DNA of 32,000 nucleotides from Candidatus Saccharimonadota bacterium (GTDB lineage Bacteria; Bacteroidota; Bacteroidia; Cytophagales; Amoebophilaceae): NCBI RefSeq assembly GCF_965196625.1, contig NZ_OZ239769.1, positions 720,001 to 752,000 of the forward strand, read 5' to 3'. Shown piece by piece: positions 24,405 to 32,000 of this stretch (position 1 is its first letter; each line of letters starts with the position of its first letter). The notes under the pieces were generated by a model. It saw only the letters and a program-made list of their open reading frames with translations, ran no database searches and was not told where the DNA came from. The position numbers and the translations under genes were made by a program.

Positions 24405-26408
24405 TTACTCGAGCTCATTTGATAAAGAGGAGCTTTCTGGTACATCACCAGATTCTTCTTCACTTGGTGACACTTGAGGGGCATCTTCAGCAGCGCTATC
24501 CTTCGTTTCCTTAGCAAAGCGTTTCCCTATTAAACGCTCTAAATCTGATTTAAACATTGTTTCTCTTACCAATAGCGCTTCCGCCAAAAGGGTGAGCTTA
24601 TCAATTTTTTCTGCAAGCAATGCTTTGACGCGTTCATATGCACCATCTATAATCGCTTTTACCTCCTCATCTATCGTATAAGCGGTTGTTTCTGAATAAG
24701 GCTTGGTAAAAGTATAGTCTGCTTGTTTGGCGTTGTGGAAAGAGAGATGGCCTACTTTAGGATTCATGCCATAGATCGTGACCATACTATAGGCCAATTT
24801 CGTAGTACGCTCCAGATCACTTAGGGCACCTGTAGAAATTTTTCCAAAAATAAGCTCTTCAGCAGCTCTTCCGCCCAGTGCCATAGCTAATTCATCCAAC
24901 AATTGGTTTTCTTGATAGATGAATTGTTCCTTAAGCAAATACTGTGCATAGCCCAATGCGGCAATACCGCGTGGTATAATACTTACCTTTACGAGTGGAT
25001 GGGCATGCTCTAAAAACCACCCAGCAATCGCATGGCCTGCTTCGTGGTAGGCTACTATTTTTTTCTCCTCTGGAGAGATCAGTTTATTTTTCTTCTCTAA
25101 GCCACCAACGATGCGATCTATAGCCGCATGAAAATCGCTCATCGTTACAAACTTTCTGTTTTTTCTGGCGGCTATTAAAGCTGCTTCGTTGCACATGTTA
25201 GAGAGATCGGCTCCAGAGAACCCCGGGGTTTGTTCTGCCAGTTGCTTAATGCGTATATGCCTTTCTAATTTTAGCCTTTTGCTATGGCAGCGTATAATGG
25301 CTTCTCTGTCTATTACATCTGGGTTATCTATGGTAATCTGCCTATCAAATCTTCCTGGACGCAGCAGCGCAGGATCCAATACCTCTGATCGATTGGTCGC
25401 ACCTATTACAATCACACCAGAATTGGTTGAAAAACCATCCATTTCTACCAATAGAGAATTTAAGGTGTTTTCACGCTCATCATTGACGCCAGGCATATTG
25501 GCTTTACCGCGTGTTCTACCTACTGCGTCTATTTCATCAATAAAAATAATACAAGGCGCCTTTTCTTTCGCTCTTTTAAAGAGGTCACGGACACGCGCAG
25601 CACCTATACCAACAAACATTTCTACAAAGTCTGAGCCAGAAAGACAAATAACAGGAACACCTGCTTCTCCAGCTACTGCTTTGGCCAGTAATGTTTTGCC
25701 TGTTCCTGGAGGCCCTACCAGCAGTACACCTTTAGGAATTTTTCCGCCAAGCAGGGTAAATTTTTCAGGTGTTTTCAAAAAGTCTACCACCTCTTTTACC
25801 TCTTCTTTGGCCTCTTTCATGCCAGCTACATCCTGGAAGGTAACTTTTAATTGATTGTCCTTATCAAAAATGGTTGCTTTTAACGTATTCATGTTAAAAA
25901 GCTGTGTGCCAGGGCCTGCCATGCCATTGCCTGGTTTGCGAATAAAGAACCAGTAGATAAGAAATAGCGTCAGCAAAAAAGACCAGTTGATAAAACTAGT
26001 AGGCTCTGAACGTTCTTCACAAGTATAGCCTATTCTAGCTTCAGGCGCTATTTTTGATTCTATTTCTGCAAATTTTTTATCAAAGATGTCAAAATTGGGT
26101 ATTCGAAAAGTATATACCAGGCCACTTGTGCCCTTCCAGGCGGTTCTTCCTGCCAACTCCTTTTGATAAACCTCTTTTTTGAATGCCTCTTGCTTGAGGA
26201 CTACTTCGACCAAATGTTGATTGGTAATTAAAGTAACAGACCTAACCTCCTGGTTAAGCATCATGGTTTCAAAACGTTTCTCAGAAATGGCAATGGTATT
26301 TCGCTCTTTGCTATAGTAAAACAGCAATCCCAATATGACTAATATGGCTAATACAAAAATGGACTGAGGGGCGTTGTGTTGCACAAACTTTTTTTCTCTT
26401 TGTTTCAT
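24405..26408 (-). CDS. ftsH: ATP-dependent zinc metalloprotease FtsH
   Basis: Two N-terminal TMs are followed by an AAA+ module (Walker A GPPGTGKTLLAKA, Walker B IIFIDEID, SRH ATNRSEVLDPALLRPGRFDR). The zinc site is HEAGHA, and the tail is acidic. Confidence 0.95.
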   Translation of the reverse strand: MKQREKKFVQHNAPQSIFVLAILVILGLLFYYSKERNTIAISEKRFETMMLNQEVRSVTLITNQHLVEVVLKQEAFKKEVYQKELAGRTAWKGTSGLVYTFRIPNFDIFDKKFAEIESKIAPEARIGYTCEERSEPTSFINWSFLLTLFLIYWFFIRKPGNGMAGPGTQLFNMNTLKATIFDKDNQLKVTFQDVAGMKEAKEEVKEVVDFLKTPEKFTLLGGKIPKGVLLVGPPGTGKTLLAKAVAGEAGVPVICLSGSDFVEMFVGIGAARVRDLFKRAKEKAPCIIFIDEIDAVGRTRGKANMPGVNDERENTLNSLLVEMDGFSTNSGVIVIGATNRSEVLDPALLRPGRFDRQITIDNPDVIDREAIIRCHSKRLKLERHIRIKQLAEQTPGFSGADLSNMCNEAALIAARKNRKFVTMSDFHAAIDRIVGGLEKKNKLISPEEKKIVAYHEAGHAIAGWFLEHAHPLVKVSIIPRGIAALGYAQYLLKEQFIYQENQLLDELAMALGGRAAEELIFGKISTGALSDLERTTKLAYSMVTIYGMNPKVGHLSFHNAKQADYTFTKPYSETTAYTIDEEVKAIIDGAYERVKALLAEKIDKLTLLAEALLVRETMFKSDLERLIGKRFAKETKDSAAEDAPQVSPSEEESGDVPESSSLSNELE

Positions 26409-26580
26409 ATTTTGATTTAAATTGAAGCGCTATTTTTTATAAGTGAAGATGCAACTTTACAAAAAAAGTATTGAAAAAACACGATAAAAGGCTCTAAATA
26501 AATTTCTTATAGCAAAAGAAATAGTTGGCGCAGATTTGCCTCTACACTTTTATATGGGCGGATGGGCATTACGCAGTTTT

Positions 26581-27219
26581 TTATTGTATCGCCTCGGTGT
26601 ATCTATCTTCAATTGCCTTCCAGCAAATGATTTTCCAAAAAGCCTCTATGTAGGCCAAGCGTCTATTCTGGTAAAGAAGGTAATAGGCATGCTCCCATAC
26701 ATCTAGCCCTAAAATAGGCAGACCTTGTTCTTGAACAGGGGTGGTATTCATAAGTGGATTATCTTGATTGTTCGTTGTAGAGATAAACAAACGGCCCTCT
26801 TTTTTGGATAGAGATAACCAAGCCCATCCAGAACCAAAGTGTGCAACAGCAGCTGCTGTAAACATTTCTTTAAATGCTTCAAAGCTTCCAAATGACTGTT
26901 CTAATGCATGGAGCAAGCTGGCACCAGGTGCTTGTGGCGTATGAGGTGTAAGGCTATGCCAGAAAAATAAATGGTTAAAGTGACCACCCGCATTGTTGCG
27001 CACGGAAGTATGGTAGGCGCTTATATCTTTTAGAAGATGGGTTAAAACCGATCGTTCCGTACCTTGTGCGGTTGCTATGGCGGTACCTGCTACAGCCTGA
27101 TTGAGTTTATCCACATAGGTTTGATGGTGTTTGGTATGATGGATCTCCATAGTTTGGGCATCTATGTAAGGCTCTAGGCCGCTATAGGCATAAGGCAAAG
27201 GGGGAAGTGTAAAAATCAT
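26581..27219 (-). CDS. sodA: Superoxide dismutase, Fe/Mn family (Mn-type signature)
   Basis: Motifs LPPLPYAY..LEP, HHTKHH, NNAGGHFNHLFFW (GGH rather than the AAQ of Fe-SODs) and DVWEHAYYL are present. The start is at MIFTLPPLPY (27219) or two codons upstream (27225). Confidence 0.9.
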   Translation of the reverse strand: MIFTLPPLPYAYSGLEPYIDAQTMEIHHTKHHQTYVDKLNQAVAGTAIATAQGTERSVLTHLLKDISAYHTSVRNNAGGHFNHLFFWHSLTPHTPQAPGASLLHALEQSFGSFEAFKEMFTAAAVAHFGSGWAWLSLSKKEGRLFISTTNNQDNPLMNTTPVQEQGLPILGLDVWEHAYYLLYQNRRLAYIEAFWKIICWKAIEDRYTEAIQ

Positions 27220-27264
27220 AAGCATCTAAATTTTTAAAATAAACATACAATCTAGTTTGTTCTG

Positions 27265-27729
27265 CTACAATATAGTGTTTCTTAACTTTTTAAAAAAACA
27301 AATCAGCAATTGGTTGCTTTCTTTAGCTAAAATAGCTGGCTGAACAACTGTGCGTGGGTGCAGGATAGGGCAGGATAGGGCCTGGTAGCCCCTTTTGGGA
27401 TCACTAGCGCCAAAAACAAGCCGTTTGATTTGGGACCAGTAGAGTGCACCGCTACACATGATGCAGGGTTCTAGGGTAACATATAAGGTACAATTAGGGA
27501 GGTATTTGCTATTGAAATAACCAGCGGTAGCGGTTATGGCTAGTAATTCTGCATGAGCGGTTGGGTCTTTGAGTTGTTCTACTTGGTTGTGGGCACGTGC
27601 AATAATCTTATCATCGGCCGCAACCACTGCGCCAACTGGCACCTCGCCTGCTTCAGCAGCACGCTCGGCCTCTTTTAATGCGGCTTGCATAAAGAAAACA
27701 TCGTCATACATAGGAGATATAGAGGCCAT
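27265..27729 (-). CDS. tadA: tRNA adenosine(34) deaminase TadA
   Basis: The CDA fold motifs HAE (PTAHAELLAI) and PCxxC (LEPCIMCSGAL) are present, with FMQAALKEAERA...GEVPVGAVV at the N-terminus. The start is uncertain. I prefer ATG at 27729 over the TTG at 27798. Confidence 0.85.
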   Translation of the reverse strand: MASISPMYDDVFFMQAALKEAERAAEAGEVPVGAVVAADDKIIARAHNQVEQLKDPTAHAELLAITATAGYFNSKYLPNCTLYVTLEPCIMCSGALYWSQIKRLVFGASDPKRGYQALSCPILHPRTVVQPAILAKESNQLLICFFKKLRNTIL

Positions 27730-27810
27730 GCGAAAGGGTGTAGATGATTTCCTTAAGGATTTTAAAAAGTTTGGCACACAGTAAAATAAGGAGGCCAATG
27801 GTTGCTGAAG

Positions 27811-27834
27811 CGCCAGTTTTTTTATGGGCGGGCC
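27811..27834. repeat. Possible solo terminus of the family-A foldback element
   Basis: The sequence cgccagtttttttatgggcgggcc resembles the right terminus gtgccaaattttatcggcggcc. As at 11209, it directly abuts the conserved leader repeat. Confidence 0.3.
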
Positions 27835-27960
27835 ATTGGCGTTTTAACTTAACTCAATGGAAGTAATTGCCCATTAAAATAATGTTTTATATTGATAATC
27901 AATAAAATATACGCTTTAAATTGACGCTATTGCTTGAACGCATCTCGAATCAACAAAGCT
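27831..27960 (+). repeat. Conserved leader repeat, copy B (upstream of the 28219 gene)
   Basis: It aligns with the reverse complement of 11063..11212. Both begin ggcca[c/t]t[a/g]gcgttttaactt and share the core attaaaat.atgttttatattgataat..aataaaa..tatac. Confidence 0.55.
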
Positions 27961-28218
27961 TAGGCAATCGCTCTATAAAATTAAAGACTATTGGAATTGG
28001 CAATATATATTCGTAACATTGCACTGGATACGAGCCTATTTTAAAGTATAGGTTAAAGTTAGTAACCACATGGCATGGCAAAGCCCACACATCAAGTGAT
28101 CTATTTACCAGTAGATGCATCCTATTACCAGTAGGCGCACCCTACACGCTAATTGGTATCGTCTCTTAATGCATGGGCTTACATTACACTAAACTATAAT
28201 TGAAAACCAACTACACAT

Positions 28219-28680
28219 ATGAATATATACAAAAATAAATCAATTCGCAAGGGTTTTATTCTTTCTAAGACAATATTTCCAGCAGTTGGTACACTTTTGC
28301 TCGCCACGGAAACCGGATGTAGCGGGATGTCTGGTCGACTTGGTAATAGTGATGAGGATGAGAGGAAACAATGAAGTGATTCACATATAGATGTAGTCAA
28401 TTTCATATTCTCCGGACTTATGCCACACAAACCGAATGATCAGAAACATCTGAATGGTACACAACAATTACCTCAACAAAAAAAAGTTAAAACCGCACAA
28501 AGGGTTACATATAACAACACCGTTAGAGCCATGTCATATAATGAAAACTTTGTATCCGTCATATCAGAAGAATTGAATGATACACAACAGGTGAATCAGG
28601 GTAATAAGGGGGAACGTAAAAAACCTTTTAAGATCAGGATAAAAAGTTTTTTCAAAAGGTCTAAAGGTATCCGAAAATAG
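28219..28680 (+). pseudogene. Small lipoprotein-like orphan gene interrupted by an in-frame TGA (or two short adjacent ORFs)
   Basis: ATG at 28219 opens MNIYKNKSIRKGFILSKTIFPAVGTLLLATETGCSG..., a signal with a Cys. The frame hits TGA at 28372..28374 and then continues uninterrupted in the same frame (SDSHIDVVNFIFSGL-MPHKPNDQ...) to TAG at 28678..28680. The track's 86-aa ORF (28420..28680) is the downstream part. Confidence 0.4.
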
Positions 28681-28696
28681 GAAGAAGCTATTTATT

Positions 28697-29494
28697 TTAG
28701 AGCATGCCCATTTTAATTTGTGTGAGTTTACGTTTGGTATCCAGAGGAAAGTCTCCTTGAATCATCCAGTTATAGTAAGAAGGTTCTAATTTGAGTACCT
28801 CTGATACCGCTTTGCCTTTATGTTTGCCAAAGTTAAAGATGGGTAGATGTTGTTCATTGTAAACCATTCTACCTGCAAAATCCACCATGTTGGTATTGGT
28901 TAAATGGTGTAGCGTAGCAACATCATTTTTTATGACACCCAATGTATTGCCTAAAGGATCGACTACAGATTGATTTTCATACCTTTTAACTTGTTCCATT
29001 AATATTTCTAAAGTAGCTTCTATATCTACCATGGCGTTATGAGCGCCTTCTAGCTCTTTTTGACAATAAAATTGATAAGCTGCTTTTAACGTTCTTTTTT
29101 CCATGAGGTGAAAAAGTTTTTGCACATCTACAATTTTTCGATTCTCTACTTTAAAATCCAATTCTGCACGCAAAAAGCTTTCTGCCAATATGGGTATATC
29201 AAAACGTAATAGATTAAAACCCGCTAAGTCAGCTCCTTTTAAAAACGAAATCAATTCTTTACCTATTTGTTTAAAGGTTGGTTTATCTTGTATATCCTCA
29301 GCATAAATACCGTGAATTAAACTGGCTTCAGTAGGAATAGCTTGTTCTGGATTAATTCTTTTGTAAAAGGTTAAGCGGTTGCCACCCGGCATAAGCTTAA
29401 TCATGCCAATTTCTACAATGCGATCATGTACCACATTGGTACCTGTAGTTTCTAAATCTAAAAAAGCAAGTGGATTGGTTAATTTTAAACTCAT
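28697..29494 (-). CDS. DnaQ-like 3'-5' exonuclease (DEDDh) with ExoX-like C-terminal domain
   Basis: Exo I is FLDLETTG, Exo II is GFNLLRFDIPIL and Exo III is HNAMVDIEAT. The C-terminus reads FNFGKHKGKAVSEVLKLEPSYYNWMIQGDFPLDTK. Confidence 0.8.
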   Translation of the reverse strand: MSLKLTNPLAFLDLETTGTNVVHDRIVEIGMIKLMPGGNRLTFYKRINPEQAIPTEASLIHGIYAEDIQDKPTFKQIGKELISFLKGADLAGFNLLRFDIPILAESFLRAELDFKVENRKIVDVQKLFHLMEKRTLKAAYQFYCQKELEGAHNAMVDIEATLEILMEQVKRYENQSVVDPLGNTLGVIKNDVATLHHLTNTNMVDFAGRMVYNEQHLPIFNFGKHKGKAVSEVLKLEPSYYNWMIQGDFPLDTKRKLTQIKMGML

Positions 29495-29701
29495 TATATT
29501 TTGCTTTTGGGATACTTTTATTTTTAACTATATTATCTATTTCTAAAATGGCAGGAAAAAAATAGCGCGCCATTTAAACTTTTGGTATTTTAAGCTATTC
29601 ATGCAGCATACCCATTTTGATAGCTGCCTTAAGCTTTAAGCACGCAGTATACTTATTCTTCAAATATAATAAAATATGCCGTTACACTTTTAGTTATTTG
29701 T

Positions 29702-30793
29702 ATGTTAATGGGTACGATCAATCATCTTCTGTTTCGTAGGTTGTTGTTTGCTTGGTATAAATCACATCAGCGTTCTTTGCCTTGGCGTATTACTAAAGAT
29801 CCATATAAAATATGGTTATCAGAAATTATTCTACAACAAACAAGAGTAGTGCAGGGGTTGCCCTACTATGAGCGTTTTGTAGCGAAATACCCTTCTGTAA
29901 TGGCATTAGCTACTGCTACAGAGCAAGAGGTTTTACGTTTGTGGCAAGGATTGGGTTACTATAGTAGAGCACGCAACTTACACCATTGTGCACAAACCAT
30001 TGTTGCGCAATACGATGGTGTTTTTCCCACTAGTTACCGGGAATTACTTATGCTTAAAGGGATTGGTCCTTATACAGCTGCAGCCATTGCTGCAACTGCT
30101 TTTAAAGAAGTAGTTGCAGCGGTGGATGGAAATGTTTACCGTGTATTGGCACGTATTTTTGGGCTAACCTATGATATAGGTACACCGCAAGGCAGAAAAC
30201 AGATGCACCAGTTTGCAACCCTACTGGTAGACCCTATACAACCCGATACCTATAGCCAAGCCATTATGGATTTTGGCGCACTCCAATGTACGCCAGCAGC
30301 TCCTTTTTGTACTACTTGTCCTTTTGAGCGGTATTGCATTGCAGCTTATACCGATAGACAAAAAACACTACCTGTTAAAAGCAATAGGCTGAATAAAAGA
30401 ATCCGTTATTTTGATTATTTTATTTTACAGTATAAGGAGGTTATATACATGAAGAAACGTTTAAAAAGTGATATTTGGAAGGGCATGTATGACTTCTATT
30501 TACTAGAAAATCAACAACGTTTGGTTGTAGACCAAATAGATGATCCTTTGTTTACTTTAGCTAAAAAGCATCAGTTACCCATTACTACCTTTGAAAAAGA
30601 GGCGTGCCATTTGTTAACCCATCAGAAGTTGTTCGTCAAATTCCATAAGATAGAACTTACTTCAGCATTCTTGCAAGAAGCCAAATACCTGCTCAGTCAA
30701 TTTTCCTTAGTAGCATTTAACCGTACAGAGATTGAAACTTTGCCCAAACCTATATTGATTCATAGTTTGCTAAAAAAGCTTAACTTTACCTAG
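29702..30793 (+). CDS. mutY: A/G-specific adenine DNA glycosylase MutY
   Basis: Motifs LPWR...PY.IW.SEI.LQQT, HhH-GPD (LKGIGPYTAAAI...VDGNV.RV) and a 4Fe-4S loop CTPAAPFCTTCPFERYC (C-x7-C-x2-C-x5-C) are present. The C-terminal domain is NUDIX-like. Confidence 0.9.
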   Translation: MLMGTINHLLFRRLLFAWYKSHQRSLPWRITKDPYKIWLSEIILQQTRVVQGLPYYERFVAKYPSVMALATATEQEVLRLWQGLGYYSRARNLHHCAQTIVAQYDGVFPTSYRELLMLKGIGPYTAAAIAATAFKEVVAAVDGNVYRVLARIFGLTYDIGTPQGRKQMHQFATLLVDPIQPDTYSQAIMDFGALQCTPAAPFCTTCPFERYCIAAYTDRQKTLPVKSNRLNKRIRYFDYFILQYKEVIYMKKRLKSDIWKGMYDFYLLENQQRLVVDQIDDPLFTLAKKHQLPITTFEKEACHLLTHQKLFVKFHKIELTSAFLQEAKYLLSQFSLVAFNRTEIETLPKPILIHSLLKKLNFT

Positions 30794-30847
30794 CTAAGGT
30801 ATTAGATATCCATTCAGCTGTCTATTTGTGTGCATACACGTTTTTAT

Positions 30848-30887
30848 CAAGGTAAGTTTTCTTTTTTGAACAAAAAACTTTACCTTG
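30848..30887 (+). terminator. Possible mutY terminator hairpin
   Basis: caaggtaagtttt / aaaactttaccttg form a 13-14 bp stem with one bulge. The hairpin lies 55 nt after the mutY stop. A T-run (gcgttttttttatt) follows, but only after a 9-nt gap, so the call is weak. Confidence 0.35.
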
Positions 30888-31020
30888 CAACTAGCGTTTT
30901 TTTTATTCCAACCTTGCATCAAGGTACCTATAGATTGCTCGTTTAACAATTGTATAAGTAAAAGGTAGGTTAAGAGCGTTTGAAGTCTAATTTTTAATAA
31001 ATAATAGTTTTTTGTTTCCC

Positions 31021-31227
31021 ATGGAAGGAGTAGTAAAATGGTTTGACCCAGCCAAAGGTTATGGGTTTATCAAACCAGCAAATGGAGGTAAGGATGTTTT
31101 TGTGCATATAAGTGCGCTTGTGGCGTCTAGAGTAAGCATGATAGACCAAGGTCAATCGGTGGACTTTGAAATCACCAGCGATAGAGGTAAGGAGGTAGCT
31201 AGTAACATTAAAGTGCTTGATGTGTAA
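31021..31227 (+). CDS. Cold-shock protein (CspA family)
   Basis: MEGVVKWFDPAKGYGFIKP...DVFVHISAL contains RNP1 (KGYGFI) and RNP2 (VFVHI). Length is 68 aa from the ATG at 31021. The track ORF starts at an upstream TTG. Confidence 0.92.
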   Translation: MEGVVKWFDPAKGYGFIKPANGGKDVFVHISALVASRVSMIDQGQSVDFEITSDRGKEVASNIKVLDV

Positions 31228-31248
31228 ACCACACATCAAGCACTTTTT
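31213..31248 (+). terminator. Rho-independent terminator of csp
   Basis: A perfect 13-bp stem is formed by gtgcttgatgtgt (31213..31225) and acacatcaagcac (31231..31243), with loop aaacc, followed by ttttt. The left arm includes the csp stop codon. Confidence 0.8.
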
Positions 31249-31266
31249 AAATTTTAACATTGTACT

Positions 31267-32000
31267 TTGAGTAATACTTTTCAAAATTATAATCTGCCAT
31301 CAGCTCTTTTAGGAGCGTTGGCAAGAATGCAGTATGACCACCCTACTGCTATTCAAGATCAGGTGATTCCAGTAGCCTTGACCGGTCAAGACATCTTGGG
31401 TTCTTCTAAAACAGGTAGCGGCAAAACAGCCGCTTTTTCTATACCTGTAGTGGCACAGCTTATGCAGCGTTCTAGTGGCAGTGTGTTGGTATTGGCGCCT
31501 ACACGAGAGCTTGCTGAGCAGGTAGCAGGCGTGATGTCAAGCATGGTGAGTGGCTGTAAGCATTTGCGTACGGTATTGTTAATAGGAGGAGAGCCTATTG
31601 GGAAGCAGTTAATGCGTTTGCGTACAAACCCCAACATTATTGTAGGTACACCTGGTCGTGTAGAAGATCATTTATGCAGGGGTTCGTTGCATTTGGATGG
31701 CACTACCTTTTTGGTATTGGATGAGATTGACCGAATGCTGGATATGGGTTTTTCGATTCAGATCGATAAGATTATTAAGCGTTTGCCGGTAGAACGACAA
31801 ACTTTAATGTTTTCAGCTACTTTGGATAGAAGCATTGAGCGATTGGCTGGGTCTTATTTAAGGCAGCCGGCACGGATTAATGTGGAGATTGCGGATAATG
31901 AATGCAAAAATATTCAAGAAGAATCTCTTTATGTACCAGAATCAGGAAAGTTCCAACTTTTATTGGAGCAACTTGGTAAGCGAGAGGGCTCTGTTATCAT
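31267..32000 (+). CDS. DEAD-box ATP-dependent RNA helicase (5' partial; runs off the window)
   Basis: This ORF is absent from the track because it is open-ended. Frame-1 translation gives the Q motif PTAIQ, motif I SSKTGSGKTAAF, Ia APTRELA, Ib TPGR, II VLDEIDRMLDMGF and III SAT. The only start after the upstream stop (31255..31257) that retains the Q motif is TTG at 31267 (MSNTFQNYNLPSALL). Confidence 0.85.
   Translation, partial: MSNTFQNYNLPSALLGALARMQYDHPTAIQDQVIPVALTGQDILGSSKTGSGKTAAFSIPVVAQLMQRSSGSVLVLAPTRELAEQVAGVMSSMVSGCKHLRTVLLIGGEPIGKQLMRLRTNPNIIVGTPGRVEDHLCRGSLHLDGTTFLVLDEIDRMLDMGFSIQIDKIIKRLPVERQTLMFSATLDRSIERLAGSYLRQPARINVEIADNECKNIQEESLYVPESGKFQLLLEQLGKREGSVI

Noticed and set aside
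24377-24517. 47-codon N-terminal extension of ddl in the ORF track
   Set aside because: It would overlap the 3' end of ftsH by more than 100 nt. The conserved Ddl N-terminus (KVGVLMGG) begins right after the internal ATG at 24376.
25189-25854. 221-aa plus-strand ORF
   Set aside because: It lies entirely antisense to the AAA+ core of ftsH, whose motifs are unambiguous. Its S/P/T-rich translation has no recognisable motifs, so it is a shadow ORF.
28372-28374. TGA reassigned as a sense codon (genetic code 4/25) to explain the in-frame TGA
   Set aside because: hemW (TGA at 12525..12527) and ddl (TGA at 23072..23074, overlapping the next gene's ATG) terminate at TGA at positions consistent with full-length proteins. 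TGA therefore functions as a stop here.
30994-31284. 96-aa minus-strand ORF, plus the 83-aa minus-strand ORF at 31386..31637
   Set aside because: They are antisense to csp and to the DEAD-box helicase respectively, both of which have unambiguous family motifs.

Overview
This is a 32-kb chromosomal segment of an AT-rich bacterium. Gene content suggests a Bacteroidota-type obligate intracellular symbiont (Amoebophilaceae-like). That is a guess from the sequence alone: no rRNA is present in the window and I cannot run a search. About 20 housekeeping genes are recognisable: two MsbA-like ABC exporters, mlaD-like, der, rfbD, valS, hemW, murF, an Omp85-like OMP, lolC/E-like, ycgN, a PASTA protein, ddl, ftsH, sodA, tadA, a DnaQ-like exonuclease, mutY, csp and a partial DEAD-box helicase. 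A tRNA Ser-Pro-Arg cluster lies on the minus strand. Between these sit features typical of a host-associated, decaying genome. (1) Two compact eukaryote-type genes: a membrane-anchored RING-H2 finger (2094..2417) and an 8-finger Krueppel-type C2H2 protein with five canonical HTGEKPF linkers (20691..21770). Four of its fingers are near-identical 84-bp tandem units that differ mostly at the DNA-recognition helix positions -1/+3/+6. (2) Two families of palindromic, MITE-like foldback repeats. One copy supplies the last codons and the stop codon of rfbD. (3) A conserved ~130-150 bp leader found in inverted orientation upstream of two AT-rich orphan lipoprotein-like genes. (4) Gene remnants: a frameshifted coiled-coil ORF plus an Rpn/PDDEXK-transposase-like tail next to the tRNA cluster, and a small lipoprotein-like gene with an in-frame TGA. 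I found no CRISPR array, no rRNA, no intact transposase and no multi-gene defence or secretion operon. The most novel content is the pair of single-gene eukaryote-like candidate effectors and the repeat architecture. All calls come from motif reading by eye, and no database searches were run.
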